A stretch of 64,000 nt of DNA from Haliotis cracherodii (taxonomy: Eukaryota): positions 13,888,001 to 13,952,000 of the forward strand of contig NW_027266308.1 in assembly GCF_022045235.1 (NCBI RefSeq), written 5' to 3'. Below the pieces are notes generated by a model, which saw only the letters and a list, made by a program, of their open reading frames with translations, had not been told where the DNA came from and did not search any database. This document shows positions 35,669-51,417 of this stretch, one piece after another. Position 1 is the first letter of the stretch; every line of letters begins with the position of its first letter. A program made the translations under genes and the position numbers.

Positions 35669-37240
35669 ATCCTGAAAGGAGGAAAACCCATGGAAATTAT
35701 TCCTACCTTGTTGGATACATACATGTACACATGTGAAATAAACCTACTACTACCATTTACTGGTTTGTTTTGATGCTGAATATGTTTACTCTTATTGAAT
35801 TGATGCGTTACCTGCTTATACCTATGGAGAACATCCTGTGGTTATTCCGTGTTTCTAACCTATCCTCGTCAGATCAAGATACAATGTTCGGATCTGGATT
35901 GGCTAGATTTACGTGATGTCGATTTTCATACAGTCGCGACTCTCAAAGGGACGACATGTATTGGGTGGACAGGCCCGGTGGCTTAGTTGATTGATCAACC
36001 GATGATCTGTCTGCTTCATACTCGACACATGCCCAAATGGTGTAAGTAAACCTTCGATTGGTAGGTTGGTTTGTTGTTTAACGCCGCACTCAGCATTATA
36101 TCAGGTGTATGACGGCGGTCTGTAAATAATCGAGTCTGGACCAGACAATCCAGTGATTAACATCATAAGCATCGATCCACGCATTTGGGATCGATGACCT
36201 GCATCAAGTCAGCAAGCCTGACCACCCGATCCCGTTAGTCGCCTTTTACGACAAGCATAGTCACCTTTTTACGGCAAGCATGGTTTGCTGAAGACCCCGG
36301 AATCTTCGCGGGACTGAAAACCTTAGTGACAACATTGCTGGGATACAAAAGATCGATTTCATGAACCTTGGCGTTTCGAAAATATTGTAAATAAAAGCGA
36401 CAGAGGACAATTCCTTAATCAATGGAAATCTCTATTTAAAGTTTCCAACTAAATCATAAGGTTGTGTTTACGAGTGATGAAAGTGCAGCCGTTTCGTGAA
36501 AAATTATGTACTTTGTGGTGAAAACATGAAACTTAGTACAGTCGTAGGTGATGACATTCGAAATAGTTAAAGATATGGGGCCACCCAAAAAATCCAACAT
36601 GGCCTCCTTAGAGTGAGTGAGTGAGTGAGTGAGTGAGTGAGTGAGTGAGTTGGGTTTAACGCCGCTTTTAACATTATTCCAGTTATATCACGGCGTGTCA
36701 GCTTAATGTGGGAGGAAAGCCCGAAGTGATGCAGGTCTCAGACGTTTACCACTTCTGTGAAACCCACGAGCACGGGTATGGTGCTGACAATAGACGCGGC
36801 CGGGGATCGAACCCCGGACCTTCCGCTCTCCGGGCCGACGCTCTACGAATAGACCACGGAGGCGGTCAGATACAATTGAAACATGTAGAAAAAATCGTGT
36901 AATTATTGCGTGACTTTCTTTTTATATATATACACGATTGCCATCCTTGCCATTTCTTATATATAAAATCGTGTTGTCTATATATTTGTAGGACCATGAA
37001 CATGACTAGATAGCTATCGTGGGTCATCAGATCCCCACAAATGAACCTGTTATCTACATTTCATGACATAACCGCGCACGGGAACATACATGTACGTCCC
37101 GCCTGCACCTGCTGTGCGCAGAATCACAACATCGTGACTGGCTGACAGGGTTGGTGTTGGTATCATTTGAAACAGAAAGTATATAAGAGGATCAACCAAA
37201 TGAAGACTTTACTTTGAAAGCTTTTCGCTTAACTCCAGAC

Positions 37241-39212
37241 ATGAAAGTAACACCGGTTCTCGTCATTGTCAGCACTATTATTGGTGAGTTGAAGATACTT
37301 ATGGCTTTTTATTAGTTAAGTTAGTGTCTACGTTAGCCGATGAGATTTGTTCTGTTCATGTTATTTTTATAATGATAATAGTTCATATTATTCATAGATA
37401 ATATTATTAATTTGCATTGCGCCTTTTTCCATGCTGGATATCAATGCGTTTTATTTCAGCTCCCTGGGCAATATATAACCTGATCTGCCTATGAGGCACT
37501 AGAAGACTAATTGTCACATAACCACCTCACCGAAAGGGGAACCCAATCTGAGTGAACAGAGGCATGTTTCGAACAAAGGCACTAGCCTTTGGAAAACACC
37601 ACATGTACTACTTGGGCTACAGTGTTGGGCAGGTCCAAGAAACTCTTAGGAAACAAAGCTGCCAAACACGCTCAGCCATCCAATTGCTTTCTTCCACAAA
37701 CTGTGCTTAAAGCCTTGACCTGTGACCTCCAAACAGGATCACGTGCCCCAACTTCTAATGAGATATTGTTTCTTTCGTTCAGCTGTGATCGACAGCGAGC
37801 CTTGCAGGGATGACAACGACTGTATCCACACGGTATGTGATAGTACCGGAAGGCTTGCCTGCTCTCATGACATATGTACCTGTCTGGTTGCAGCCAATAG
37901 CTGCATCACAGGTAAGTCAGTTTACAAAATAGTGACCATAATAACTGCAGGCAACATATTTCATATGTGAAGGTTTTATTTAGGCATCTGGAAAGGTTCT
38001 CCTACAAGAAAAGGTGGTGACTATAAGTCAATAAACAAATTGGGTTTCACGCCGCTGATATAATATTTCAGACAAATGTAGAAGGAACGACAAATATGAT
38101 ACAGAACTAAGATGATTACCATTTTGTTGAAACCATTGGCAATACAAAAAACCCAATCATGGCGAATCTGTGATTCAAACCCACTACTAACGTAGCGTCA
38201 GCAAAACCCTTGCACAAAACTGCAAATAAGACATGCCCTTTAAATACAAGCCTGCATCAAATGAATGATGGAATCTAGTTCAAACCTCTGACAAATGTTT
38301 TTGTCCTGTGTTGTTAAGAAGGAGGTTTATATTTCAGAAACTTGCAGAGACCGCCCTGACTGCGACACCTGCATCTGTAGAGACACCCATGAAGAACACC
38401 ACTGCTTCGACGGCCGCTGCCTATGTGGACGTATGGCACCTGTCGGCCCTGGTGGACCTGGCGGACCTGGCGTGTAAGTAACCATAATTACCGCCGGAGG
38501 TTGTCAGGCATAGTTTTGGTTGCTACACTTGAATCAGTTTGACGTTTCATTGGCTTTTTAATTACTGTCGAAAGAAAGTTGATGAATTTGTTTGCTTTTT
38601 CTGATTGTTTGGTTTTATGTCAGGGGCAAATGTCTAAATTTAGCCTGAATGTGATTTGGGACGTCAACGCTTTGATAGTGTTGGTTCAGAATGTTGGTGA
38701 AACACAATATTAGGAATATGATTTTAGTCGTGCATTTGTTGGTTAAACATACACAGTCGTCTTTGTATGGCATGGATATTTGTCTCATCTCATTGCAGTG
38801 GTAATACTTAAATCATTCGACATATAGTAACACTATATCAGTCCTGTTTGTTTGTTTGTTTGTTGTTTAACGCCGCACTCAGCAATAGTCCAGCTATACG
38901 ACGGCGGTTTATAGCAGTCCTATGCTATGTGTTTGGATATATGGTAAATAATGTAAATGTAAAACGTCGACGTTTAGCAATCAGTATCGATCATCTACCT
39001 AAACAGATTTCATTGGGCGTAAAAGGCAAAATTGCAGTGAAAATTATATGAATGGATCACTGAAAATTAATGATGAACCCAGGGGTTCGTTCCGCAAAAC
39101 GATTGCCATCCACATCCATATTATAGTTCTTACTCCAATTCAATTTCTTACGAAATATTCAATTTTGAAAATGCCACTTTTCATCTACCTTTTTAATTTC
39201 AGAGGTAAATAA
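37241..39212 (+). CDS. Copy 5 (signal peptide L5P); join(37241..37283,37783..37911,38338..38473,39203..39212)
   Basis: Same structure; CTG>CCG at 37254. Confidence 0.85.
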
Positions 39213-40780
39213 ATCCTGAAAGGAGGAAAACCCATGGAAATTATTCCTACCTTGTTGGATACATACATGTACACATGTGAAATAAACCTACTACTACCAT
39301 TTACTGGTTTGTTTTGATGCTGAATATGTTTACTCTTATTGAATTGATGCGTTACCTGCTTATACCTATGGAGAACATCCTGTGGTTATTCCGTGTTTCT
39401 AACCTATCCTCGTCAGATCAAGATACAATGTTCGGATCTGGATTGGCTAGATTTACGTGATGTCGATTTTCATACAGTCGCGACTCTCAAAGGGACGACA
39501 TGTATTGGGTGGACAGGCCCGGTGGCTTAGTTGATTGATCAACCGATGATCTGTCTGCTTCATACTCGACACATGCCCAAATGGTGTAAGTAAACCTTCG
39601 ATTGGTAGGTTGGTTTGTTGTTTAACGCCGCACTCAGCATTATATCAGGTGTATGACGGCGGTCTGTAAATAATCGAGTCTGGACCAGACAATCCAGTGA
39701 TTAACATCATAAGCATCGATCCACGCATTTGGGATCGATGACCTGCATCAAGTCAGCAAGCCTGACCACCCGATCCCGTTAGTCGCCTTTTACGACAAGC
39801 ATAGTCACCTTTTTACGGCAAGCATGGTTTGCTGAAGACCCCGGAATCTTCGCGGGACTGAAAACCTTAGTGACAACATTGCTGGGATACAAAAGATCGA
39901 TTTCATGAACCTTGGCGTTTCGAAAATATTGTAAATAAAAGCGACAGAGGACAATTCCTTAATCAATGGAAATCTCTATTTAAAGTTTCCAACTAAATCA
40001 TAAGGTTGTGTTTACGAGTGATGAAAGTGCAGCCGTTTCGTGAAAAATTATGTACTTTGTGGTGAAAACATGAAACTTAGTACAGTCGTAGGTGATGACA
40101 TTCGAAATAGTTAAAGATATGGGGCCACCCAAAAAATCCAACATGGCCTCCTTAGAGTGAGTGAGTGAGTGAGTGAGTGAGTGAGTGAGTTGGGTTTAAC
40201 GCCGCTTTTAACATTATTCCAGTTATATCACGGCGTGTCAGCTTAATGTGGGAGGAAAGCCCGAAGTGATGCAGGTCTCAGACGTTTACCACTTCTGTGA
40301 AACCCACGAGCACGGGTATGGTGCTGACAATAGACGCGGCCGGGGATCGAACCCCGGACCTTCCGCTCTCCGGGCCGACGCTCTACGAATAGACCACGGA
40401 GGCGGTCAGATACAATTGAAACATGTAGAAAAAATCGTGTAATTATTGCGTGACTTTCTTTTTATATATATACACGATTGCCATCCTTGCCATTTCTTAT
40501 ATATAAAATCGTGTTGTCTATATATTTGTAGGACCATGAACATGACTAGATAGCTATCGTGGGTCATCAGATCCCCACAAATGAACCTGTTATCTACATT
40601 TCATGACATAACCGCGCACGGGAACATACATGTACGTCCCGCCTGCACCTGCTGTGCGCAGAATCACAACATCGTGACTGGCTGACAGGGTTGGTGTTGG
40701 TATCATTTGAAACAGAAAGTATATAAGAGGATCAACCAAATGAAGACTTTACTTTGAAAGCTTTTCGCTTAACTCCAGAC

Positions 40781-42760
40781 ATGAAAGTAACACTGGTTCT
40801 CGTCATAGTCAGCACTATTATTGGTGAGTTGAAGATACTTAGGGCTTTTTATTAGTTAAGTTAGTGTCTACGTTAGCCGATGAGATTTGTTCTGTTCATG
40901 TTATTTTTATAATGATAATAGTTCATATTATTCATAGATAATATTATTAATTTGCATTGCGCCTTTTTCCATGCTGGATATCAATGCGTTTTATTTCAGC
41001 TCCCTGGGCAATATATAACCTGATCTGCCTATGAGGCACTAGAAGACTAATTGTCACATAACCACCTCACCGAAAGGGGAACCCAATCTGAGTGAACAGA
41101 GGCATGTTTCGAACAAAGGCACTAGCCTTTGGAAAACACCACATGTACTACTTGGGCTACAGTGTTGGGCAGGTCCAAGAAACTCTTAGGAAACAAAGCT
41201 GCCAAACACGCTCAGCCATCCAATTGCTTTCTTCCACAAACTGTGCTTAAAGCCTTGACCTGTGACCTCCAAACAGGATCACGTGCCCCAACTTCTAATG
41301 AGATATTGTTTCTTTCGTTCAGCTGTGATCGACAGCGAGCCTTGCAGGGATGACAACGACTGTATCCACACGGTATGTGATAGTACCGGAAGGCTTGCCT
41401 GCTCTCATGACATATGTACCTGTCTGGTTGCAGCCAATAGCTGCATCACAGGTAAGTCAGTTTACAAAATAGTGACCATAATAACTGCAGGCAACATATT
41501 TCATATGTGAAGGTTTTATTTAGGCATCTGGAAAGGTTCTCCTACAAGAAAAGGTGGTGACTATAAGTCAATAAACAAATTGGGTTTCACGCCGCTGATA
41601 TAATATTTCAGACAAATGTAGAAGGAACGACAAATATGATACAGAACTAAGATGATTACCATTTTGTTGAAACCATTGGCAATACAAAAAACCCAATCAT
41701 GGCGAATCTGTGATTCAAACCCAATACTAACGTAGCGTCAGCAAAACCCTTGCACAAAACTGCAAATAAGACATGCCCTTTAAATACAAGCCTGCATCAA
41801 ATGAATGATGGAATCTAGTTCAAACCTCTGACAAATGTTTTTGTCCTGTGTTGTTAAGAAGGAGGTTTATATTTCAGAAACTTGCAGAGACCGCCCTGAC
41901 TGCGACACCTGCATCTGTAGAGACACCCATGAAGAACACCACTGCTTCGACGGCCGCTGCCTATGTGGACGTATGGCACCTGTCGGCCCTGGTGGACCTG
42001 GCGGACCTGGCGTGTAAGTAACCATAATTACCGCCGGAGGTTGTCAGGCATAGTTTTGGTTGCTACACTTGAATCAGTTTGACGTTTCATTGGCTTTTTA
42101 ATTACTGTCGAAAGAAAGTTGATGAATTTGTTTGCTTTTTCTGATTGTTTGGTTTTATGTCAGGGGCAAATGTCTAAATTTAGCCTGAATGTGATTTGGG
42201 ACGTCAACGCTTTGATAGTGTTGGTTCAGAATGTTGGTGAAACACAATATTAGGAATATGATTTTAGTCGTGCATTTGTTGGTAAAACATACACAGTCGT
42301 CTTTGTATGGCATGGATATTTGTCTCATCTCATTGCAGTGGTAATACTTAAATCATTCGACATATAGTAACACTATATCAGTCCTGTTTGTTTGTTTGTT
42401 TGTTTGTTTGTTGTTTAACGCCGCACTCAGCAATAGTCCAGCTATACGACGGCGGTTTATAGCAGTCCTATGCTATGTGTTTGGATATATGGTAAATAAT
42501 GTAAATGTAAAACGTCGACTTTTAGCAATCAGTATCGATCATCTACCTAAACAGATTTCATTGGGCGTAAAAGGCAAAATTGCAGTGAAAATTATATGAA
42601 TGGATCACTGAAAATTAATGATGACCCCAGGGGTTCGTTCCGCAAAACGATTGCCATCCACATCCATATTATAGTTCTTACTCCAATTCAATTTCTTACG
42701 AAATATTCAATTTTGAAAATGCCACTTTTCATCTACCTTTTTAATTTCAGAGGTAAATAA
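40781..42760 (+). CDS. Copy 6; join(40781..40823,41323..41451,41878..42013,42751..42760)
   Basis: Same structure; silent ATT>ATA in exon 1. Confidence 0.87.
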
Positions 42761-44322
42761 ATCCTGAAAGGAGGAAAACCCATGGAAATTATTCCTACCT
42801 TGTTGGATACATACATGTACACATGTGAAATAAACCTACTACTACCATTTACTGGTTTGTTTTGATGCTGAATATGTTTACTCTTATTGAATTGATGCGT
42901 TACCTGCTTATACCTATGGAGAACATCCTGTGGTTATTCCGTGTTTCTAACCTATCCTCGTCAGATCAAGATACAATGTTCGGATCTGGATTGGCTAGAT
43001 TTACGTGATGTCGATTTTCATACAGTCGCGACTCTCAAAGGGACGACATGTATTGGGTGGACAGGCCCGGTGGCTTAGTTGATTGATCAACCGATGATCT
43101 GTCTGCTTCATACTCGACACATGCCCAAATGGTGTAAGTAAACCTTCGATTGGTAGGTTGGTTTGTTGTTTAACGCCGCACTCAGCATTATATCAGGTGT
43201 ATGACGGCGGTCTGTAAATAATCGAGTCTGGACCAGACAATCCAGTGATTAACATCATAAGCATCGATCCACGCATTTGGGATCGATGACCTGCATCAAG
43301 TCAGCAAGCCTGACCACCCGATCCCGTTAGTCGCCTTTTACGACAAGCATAGTCACCTTTTTACGGCAAGCATGGTTTGCTGAAGACCCCGGAATCTTCG
43401 CGGGACTGAAAACCTTAGTGACAACATTGCTGGGATACAAAAGATCGATTTCATGAACCTTGGCGTTTCGAAAATATTGTAAATAAAAGCGACAGAGGAC
43501 AATTCCTTAATCAATGGAAATCTCTATTTAAAGTTTCCAACTAAATCATAAGGTTGTGTTTACGAGTGATGAAAGTGCAGCCGTTTCGTGAAAAATTATG
43601 TACTTTGTGGTGAAAACATGAAACTTAGTACAGTCGTAGGTGATGACATTCGAAATAGTTAAAGATATGGGGCCACCCAAAAAATCCAACATGGCCTCCT
43701 TAGAGTGAGTGAGTGAGTGAGTGAGTGAGTGAGTGAGTTGGGTTTAACGCCGCTTTTAACATTATTCCAGTTATATCACGGCGTGTCAGCTTAATGTGGG
43801 AGGAAAGCCCGAAGTGATGCAGGTCTCAGACGTTTACCACTTCTGTGAAACCCACGAGCGCGGGTATGGTGCTGACAATAGACGCAGCCGGGGATCGAAC
43901 CCCGGACCTTCCGCTCTCCGGGCCGACGCTCTACGAATAGACCACGGAGGCGGTCAGATACAATTGAAACATGTAGAAAAAATCGTGTAATTATTGCGTG
44001 ACTTTCTTTTTATATATATACACGATTGCCATCCTTGCCATTTCTTATATATAAAATCGTGTTGTCTATATATTTGTAGGACCATGAACATGACTAGATA
44101 GCTATCGTGGGTCATCAGATCCCCACAAATGAACCTGTTATCTACATTTCATGACATAACCGCGCACGGGAACATTAGTCCTGCGTGCACCTGCTGTGCG
44201 CAGAATCACAACATCGTGACTGGCTGACAGGGTTGGTGTTGGTATCATTTGAAACAGAAAGTATATAAGAGGACCAACCAAATGAAGACTTTACTTTGAA
44301 AGCTTTTCGCTTAACTCCAGAC

Positions 44323-46306
44323 ATGAAAGTAACACTGGTTCTCGTCATTGTCAGCACTATTATTGGTGAGTTGAAGATACTTAGGGCTTTTTATTAGTTA
44401 AGTTAGTGTCTACGTTAGCCGATGAGATTTGTTCTGTTCATGTTATTTTTATAATGATAATAGTTCATATTATTCATAGATAATATTATTAATTTGCATT
44501 GCGCCTTTTTCCATGCTGGATATCAATGCGTTTTATTTCAGCTCCCTGGGCAATATATAACCTGATCTGCCTATGAGGCACTAGAAGACTAATTGTCACA
44601 TAACCACCTCACCGAAAGGGGAACCCAATCTGAGTGAACAGAGGCATGTTTCGAACAAAGGCACTAGCCTTTGGAAAACACCACATGTACTACTTGGGCT
44701 ACAGTGTTGGGCAGGTCCAAGAAACTCTTAGGAAACAAAGCTGCCAAACACGCTCAGCCATCCAATTGCTTTCTTCCACAAACTGTGCTTAAAGCCTTGA
44801 CCTGTGACCTCCAAACAGGATCACGTGCCCCAACTTCTAATGAGATATTGTTTCTTTCGTTCAGCTGTGATCGACAGCGAGCCTTGCAGGGATGACAACG
44901 ACTGTATCCACACGGTATGTGATAGTACCGGAAGGCTTGCCTGCTCTCATGACATATGTACCTGTCTGGTTGCAGCCAATAGCTGCATCACAGGTAAGTC
45001 AGTTTACAAAATAGTGACCATAATAACTGCAGGCAACATATTTCATATGTGAAGGTTTTATTTAGGCATCTGGAAAGGTTCTCCTACAAGAAAAGGTGGT
45101 GACTATAAGTCAATAAACAAATTGGGTTTCACGCCGCTGATATAATATTTCAGACAAATGTAGAAGGAACGACAAATATGATACAGAACTAAGATGATTA
45201 CCATTTTGTTGAAACCATTGGCAATACAAAAAACACAATCATGGCGAATCTGTGATTCAAACCCACTACTAACGTAGCGTCAGCAAAACCCTTGCACAAA
45301 ACTGCAAATAAGACATGCCCTTTAAATACAAGCCTGCATCAAATGAATGATGGAATCTAGTTCAAACCTCTGACAAATGTTTTTGTCCTGTGTTGTTAAG
45401 AAGGAGGTTTATATTTCAGAAACTTGCAGAGACCGCCCTGACTGCGACACCTGCATCTGTAGAGACACCCATGAAGAACACCACTGCTTCGACGGCCGCT
45501 GCCTATGTGGACGTATGGCACCTGTCGGCCCTGGTGGACCTGGCGGACCTGGCGTGTAAGTAACCATAATTACCGCCGGAGGTTGTCAGGCATAGTTTTG
45601 GTTGCTACACTTGAATCAGTTTGACGTTTCATTGGCTTTTTAATTACTGTCGAAAGAAAGTTGATGAATTTGTTTGCTTTTTCTGATTGTTTGGTTTTAT
45701 GTCAGGGGCAAATGTCTAAATTTAGCCTGAATGTGATTTGGGACGTCAACGCTTTGATAGTGTTGGTTCAGAATGTTGGTGAAACACAATATTAGGAATA
45801 TGATTTTAGTCGTGCATTTGTTGGTAAAACATACACAGTCGTCTTTGTATGGCATGGATATTTGTCTCATCTCATTGCAGTGGTAATACTTAAATCATTC
45901 GACATATAGTAACACTATATCAGTCCTGTTTGTTTGTTTGTTTGTTTGTTTGTTTGTTGTTTAACGCCGCACTCAGCAATAGTCCAGCTATACGACGGCG
46001 GTTTATAGCAGTCCTATGCTATGTGTTTGGATATATGGTAAATAATGTAAATGTAAAACGTCGACTTTTAGCAATCAGTATCGATCATCTACCTAAACAG
46101 ATTTCATTGGGCGTAAAAGGCAAAATTGCAGTGAAAATTATATGAATGGATCACTGAAAATTAATGATGACCCCAGGGGTTCGTTCCGCAAAACGATTGC
46201 CATCCACATCCATATTATAGTTCTTACTCCAATTCAATTTCTTACGAAATATTCAATTTTGAAAATGCCACTTTTCATCTACCTTTTTAATTTCAGAGGT
46301 AAATAA
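44323..46306 (+). CDS. Copy 7; join(44323..44365,44865..44993,45420..45555,46297..46306)
   Basis: Same structure. Confidence 0.87.
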
Positions 46307-47867
46307 ATCCTGAAAGGAGGAAAACCCATGGAAATTATTCCTACCTTGTTGGATACATACATGTACACATGTGAAATAAACCTACTACTACCATTTACTG
46401 GTTTGTTTTGATGCTGAATATGTTTACTCTTATTGAATTGATGCGTTACCTGCTTATACCTATGGAGAACATCCTGTGGTTATTCCGTGTTTCTAACCTA
46501 TCCTCGTCAGATCAAGATACAATGTTCGGATCTGGATTGGCTAGATTTACGTGATGTCGATTTTCATACAGTCGCGACTCTCAAAGGGACGACATGTATT
46601 GGGTGGACAGGCCCGGTGGCTTAGTTGATTGATCAACCGATGATCTGTCTGCTTCATACTCGACACATGCCAAATGGTGTAAGTAAACCTTCGATTGGTA
46701 GGTCGGTTTGTTGTTTAACGCCGCACTCAGCATTATATCAGGTGTATGACGGCGGTCTGTAAATAATCGAGTCTGGACCAGACAATCCAGTGATTAACAT
46801 CATAAGCATCGATCCACGCATTTGGGATCGATGACCTGCATCAAGTCAGCAAGCCTGACCACCCGATCCCGTTAGTCGCCTTTTACGACAAGCATAGTCA
46901 CCTTTTTACGGCAAGCATGGTTTGCTGAAGACCCCGGAATCTTCGCGGGACTGAAAACCTTAGTGACAACATTGCTGGGATACAAAAGATCGATTTCATG
47001 AACCTTGGCGTTTCGAAAATATTGTAAATAAAAGCGACAGAGGACAATTCCTTAATCAATGGAAATCTCTATTTAAAGTTTCCAACTAAATCATAAGGTT
47101 GTGTTTACGAGTGATGAAAGTGCAGCCGTTTCGTGAAAAATTATGTACTTTGTGGTGAAAACATGAAACTTAGTACAGTCGTAGGTGATGACATTCGAAA
47201 TAGTTAAAGATATGGGGCCACCCAAAAAATCCAACATGGCCTCCTTAGAGTGAGTGAGTGAGTGAGTGAGTGAGTGAGTGAGTTGGGTTTAACGCCGCTT
47301 TTAACATTATTCCAGTTATATCACGGCGTGTCAGCTTAATGTGGGAGGAAAGCCCGAAGTGATGCAGGTCTCAGACGTTTACCACTTCTGTGAAACCCAC
47401 GAGCACGGGTATGGTGCTGACAATAGACGCGGCCGGGGATCAAACCCCGGGCCTTCCGCTCTCCGGGCCGACGCTCTACGAATAGACCACGGAGGCGGTC
47501 AGATACAATTGAAACATGTAGAAAAAATCGTGTAATTATTGCGTGACTTTCTTTTTATATATATACACGATTGCCATCCTTCCCATTTCTTATATATAAA
47601 ATCGTGTTGTCTATATATTTGTAGGACCATGAACATGACTAGATAGCTATCGTGGGTCATCAGATCCCCACAAATGAACCTGTTATCTACATTTCATGAC
47701 ATAACCGCGCACGGGAACATTAGTCCTGCGTGCACCTGCTGTGCGCAGAATCACAACATCGTGACTGGCTGACAGGGTTGGTGTTGGTATCATTTGAAAC
47801 AGAAAGTATATAAGAGGATCAACCAAATGAAGACTTTACTTTGAAAGCTTTTCGCTTAACTCCAGAC

Positions 47868-49847
47868 ATGAAAGTAACACTGGTTCTCGTCATTGTCAGC
47901 ACTATTATTGGTGAGTTGAAGATACTTAGGGCTTTTTATTAGTTAAGTTAGTGTCTACGTTAGCCGATGAGATTTGTTCTGTTCATGTTATTTTTATAAT
48001 GATAATAGTTCATATTATTCATAGATAATATTATTAATTTGCATTGCGCCTTTTTCCATGCTGGATATCAATGCGTTTTATTTCAGCTCCCTGGGCAATA
48101 TATAACCTGATCTGCCTATGAGGCACTAGAAGACTAATTGTCACATAACCACCTCACCGAAAGGGGAACCCAATCTGAGTGAACAGAGGCATGTTTCGAA
48201 CAAAGGCACTAGCCTTTGGAAAACACCACATGTACTACTTGGGCTACAGTGTTGGGCAGGTCCAAGAAACTCTTAGGAAACAAAGCTGCCAAACACGCTC
48301 AGCCATCCAATTGCTTTCTTCCACAAACTGTGCTTAACGCCTTGACCTGTGACCTCCAAACAGGATCACGTGCCCCAACTTCTAATGAGATATTGTTTCT
48401 TTCGTTCAGCTGTGATCGACAGCGAGCCTTGCAGGGATGACAACGACTGTATCCACACGGTATGTGATAGTACCGGAAGGCTTGCCTGCTCTCATGACAT
48501 ATGTACCTGTCTGGTTGCAGCCAATAGCTGCATCACAGGTAAGTCAGTTTACAAAATAGTGACCATAATAACTGCAGGCAACATATTTCATATGTGAAGG
48601 TTTTATTTAGGCATCTGGAAAGGTTCTCCTACAAGAAAAGGTGGTGACTATAAGTCAATAAACAAATTGGGTTTCACGCCGCTGATATAATATTTCAGAC
48701 AAATGTAGAAGGAACGACAAATATGATACAGAACTAAGATGATTACCATTTTGTTGAAACCATTGGCAATACAAAAAACACAATCATGGCGAATCTGTGA
48801 TTCAAACCCACTACTAACGTAGCGTCAGCAAAACCCTTGCACAAAACTGCAAATAAGACATGCCCTTTAAATACAAGCCTGCATCAAATGAATGATGGAA
48901 TCTAGTTCAAACCTCTGACAAATGTTTTTGTCCTGTGTTGTTAAGAAGGAGGTTTATATTTCAGAAACTTGCAGAGACCGCCCTGACTGCGACACCTGCA
49001 TCTGTAGAGACACCCATGAAGAACACCACTGCTTCGACGGCCGCTGCCTATGTGGACGTATGGCACCTGTCGGCCCTGGTGGACCTGGCGGACCTGGCGT
49101 GTAAGTAACCATAATTACCGCCGGAGGTTGTCAGGCATAGTTTTGGTTGCTACACTTGAATCAGTTTGACGTTTCATTGGCTTTTTAATTACTGTCGAAA
49201 GAAAGTTGATGAATTTGTTTGCTTTTTCTGATTGTTTGGTTTTATGTCAGGGGCAAATGTCTAAATTTAGCCTGAATGTGATTTGGGACGTCAACGCTTT
49301 GATAGTGTTGGTTCAGAATGTTGGTGAAACACAATATTAGGAATATGATTTTAGTCGTGCATTTGTTGGTAAAACATACACAGTCGTCTTTGTATGGCAT
49401 GGATATTTGTCTCATCTCATTGCAGTGGTAATACTTAAATCATTCGACATATAGTAACACTATATCAGTCCTGTTTGTTTGTTTGTTTGTTTGTTTGTTG
49501 TTTAACGCCGCACTCAGCAATAGTCCAGCTATACGACGGCGGTTTATAGCAGTCCTATGCTATGTGTTTGGATATATGGTAAATAATGTAAATGTAAAAC
49601 GTCGACGTTTAGCAATCAGTATCGATCATCTACCTAAACAGATTTCATTGGGCGTAAAAGGCAAAATTGCAGTGAAAATTATATGAATGGATCACTGAAA
49701 ATTAATGATGACCCCAGGGGTTCGTTCCGCAAAACGATTGCCATCCACATCCATATTATAGTTCTTACTCCAATTCAATTTCTTACGAAATATTCAATTT
49801 TGAAAATGCCACTTTTCATCTACCTTTTTAATTTCAGAGGTAAATAA
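47868..49847 (+). CDS. Copy 8; join(47868..47910,48410..48538,48965..49100,49838..49847)
   Basis: Same structure. Confidence 0.87.
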
Positions 49848-51417
49848 ATCCTGAAAGGAGGAAAACCCATGGAAATTATTCCTACCTTGTTGGATACATA
49901 CATGTACACATGTGAAATAAACCTACTACTACCATTTACTGGTTTGTTTTGATGCTGAATATGTTTACTCTTATTGAATTGATGCGTTACCTGCTTATAC
50001 CTATGGAGAACATCCTGTGGTTATTCCGTGTTTCTAACCTATCCTCGTCAGATCAAGATACAATGTTCGGATCTGGATTGGCTAGATTTACGTGATGTCG
50101 ATTTTCATACAGTCGCGACTCTCAAAGGGACGACATGTATTGGGTGGACAGGCCCGGTGGCTTAGTTGATTGATCAACCGATGATCTGTCTGCTTCATAC
50201 TCGACACATGCCCAAATGGTGTAAGTAAACCTTCGATTGGTAGGTTGGTTTGTTGTTTAACGCCGCACTCAGCATTATATCAGGTGTATGACGGCGGTCT
50301 GTAAATAATCGAGTCTGGACCAGACAATCCAGTGATTAACATCATAAGCATCGATCCACGCATTTGGGATCGATGACCTGCATCAAGTCAGCAAGCCTGA
50401 CCACCCGATCCCGTTAGTCGCCTTTTACGACAAGCATAGTCACCTTTTTACGGCAAGCATGGTTTGCTGAAGACCCCGGAATCTTCGCGGGACTGAAAAC
50501 CTTAGTGACAACATTGCTGGGATACAAAAGATCGATTTCATGAACCTTGGCGTTTCGAAAATATTGTAAATAAAAGCGACAGAGGACAATTCCTTAATCA
50601 ATGGAAATCTCTATTTAAAGTTTCCAACTAAATCATAAGGTTGTGTTTACGAGTGATGAAAGTGCAGCCGTTTCGTGAAAAATTATGTACTTTGTGGTGA
50701 AAACATGAAACTTAGTACAGTCGTAGGTGATGACATTCGAAATAGTTAAAGATATGGGGCCACCCAAAAAATCCAACATGGCCTCCTTAGAGTGAGTGAG
50801 TGAGTGAGTGAGTGAGTGAGTGAGTGAGTGAGTTGGGTTTAACGCCGCTTTTAACATTATTCCAGTTATATCACGGCGTGTCAGCTTAATGTGGGAGGAA
50901 AGCCCGAAGTGATGCAGGTCTCAGACGTTTACCACTTCTGTGAAACCCACGAGCACGGGTATGGTGCTGACAATAGACGCGGCCGGGGATCGAACCCCGG
51001 ACCTTCCGCTCTCCGGGCCGACGCTCTACGAATAGACCACGGAGGCGGTCAGATACAATTGAAACATGTAGAAAAAATCGTGTAATTATTGCGTGACTTT
51101 CTTTTTATATATATACACGATTGCCATCCTTGCCATTTCTTATATATAAAATCGTGTTGTCTATATATTTGTAGGACCATGAACATGACTAGATAGCTAT
51201 CGTGGGTCATCAGATCCCCACAAATGAACCTGTTATCTACATTTCATGACATAACCGCGCACGGGAACATTAGTCCTGCGTGCACCTGCTGTGCGCAGAA
51301 TCACAACATCGTGACTGGCTGACAGGGTTGGTGTTGGTATCATTTGAAACAGAAAGTATATAAGAGGATCAACCAAATGAAGACTTTACTTTGAAAGCTT
51401 TTCGCTTAACTCCAGAC

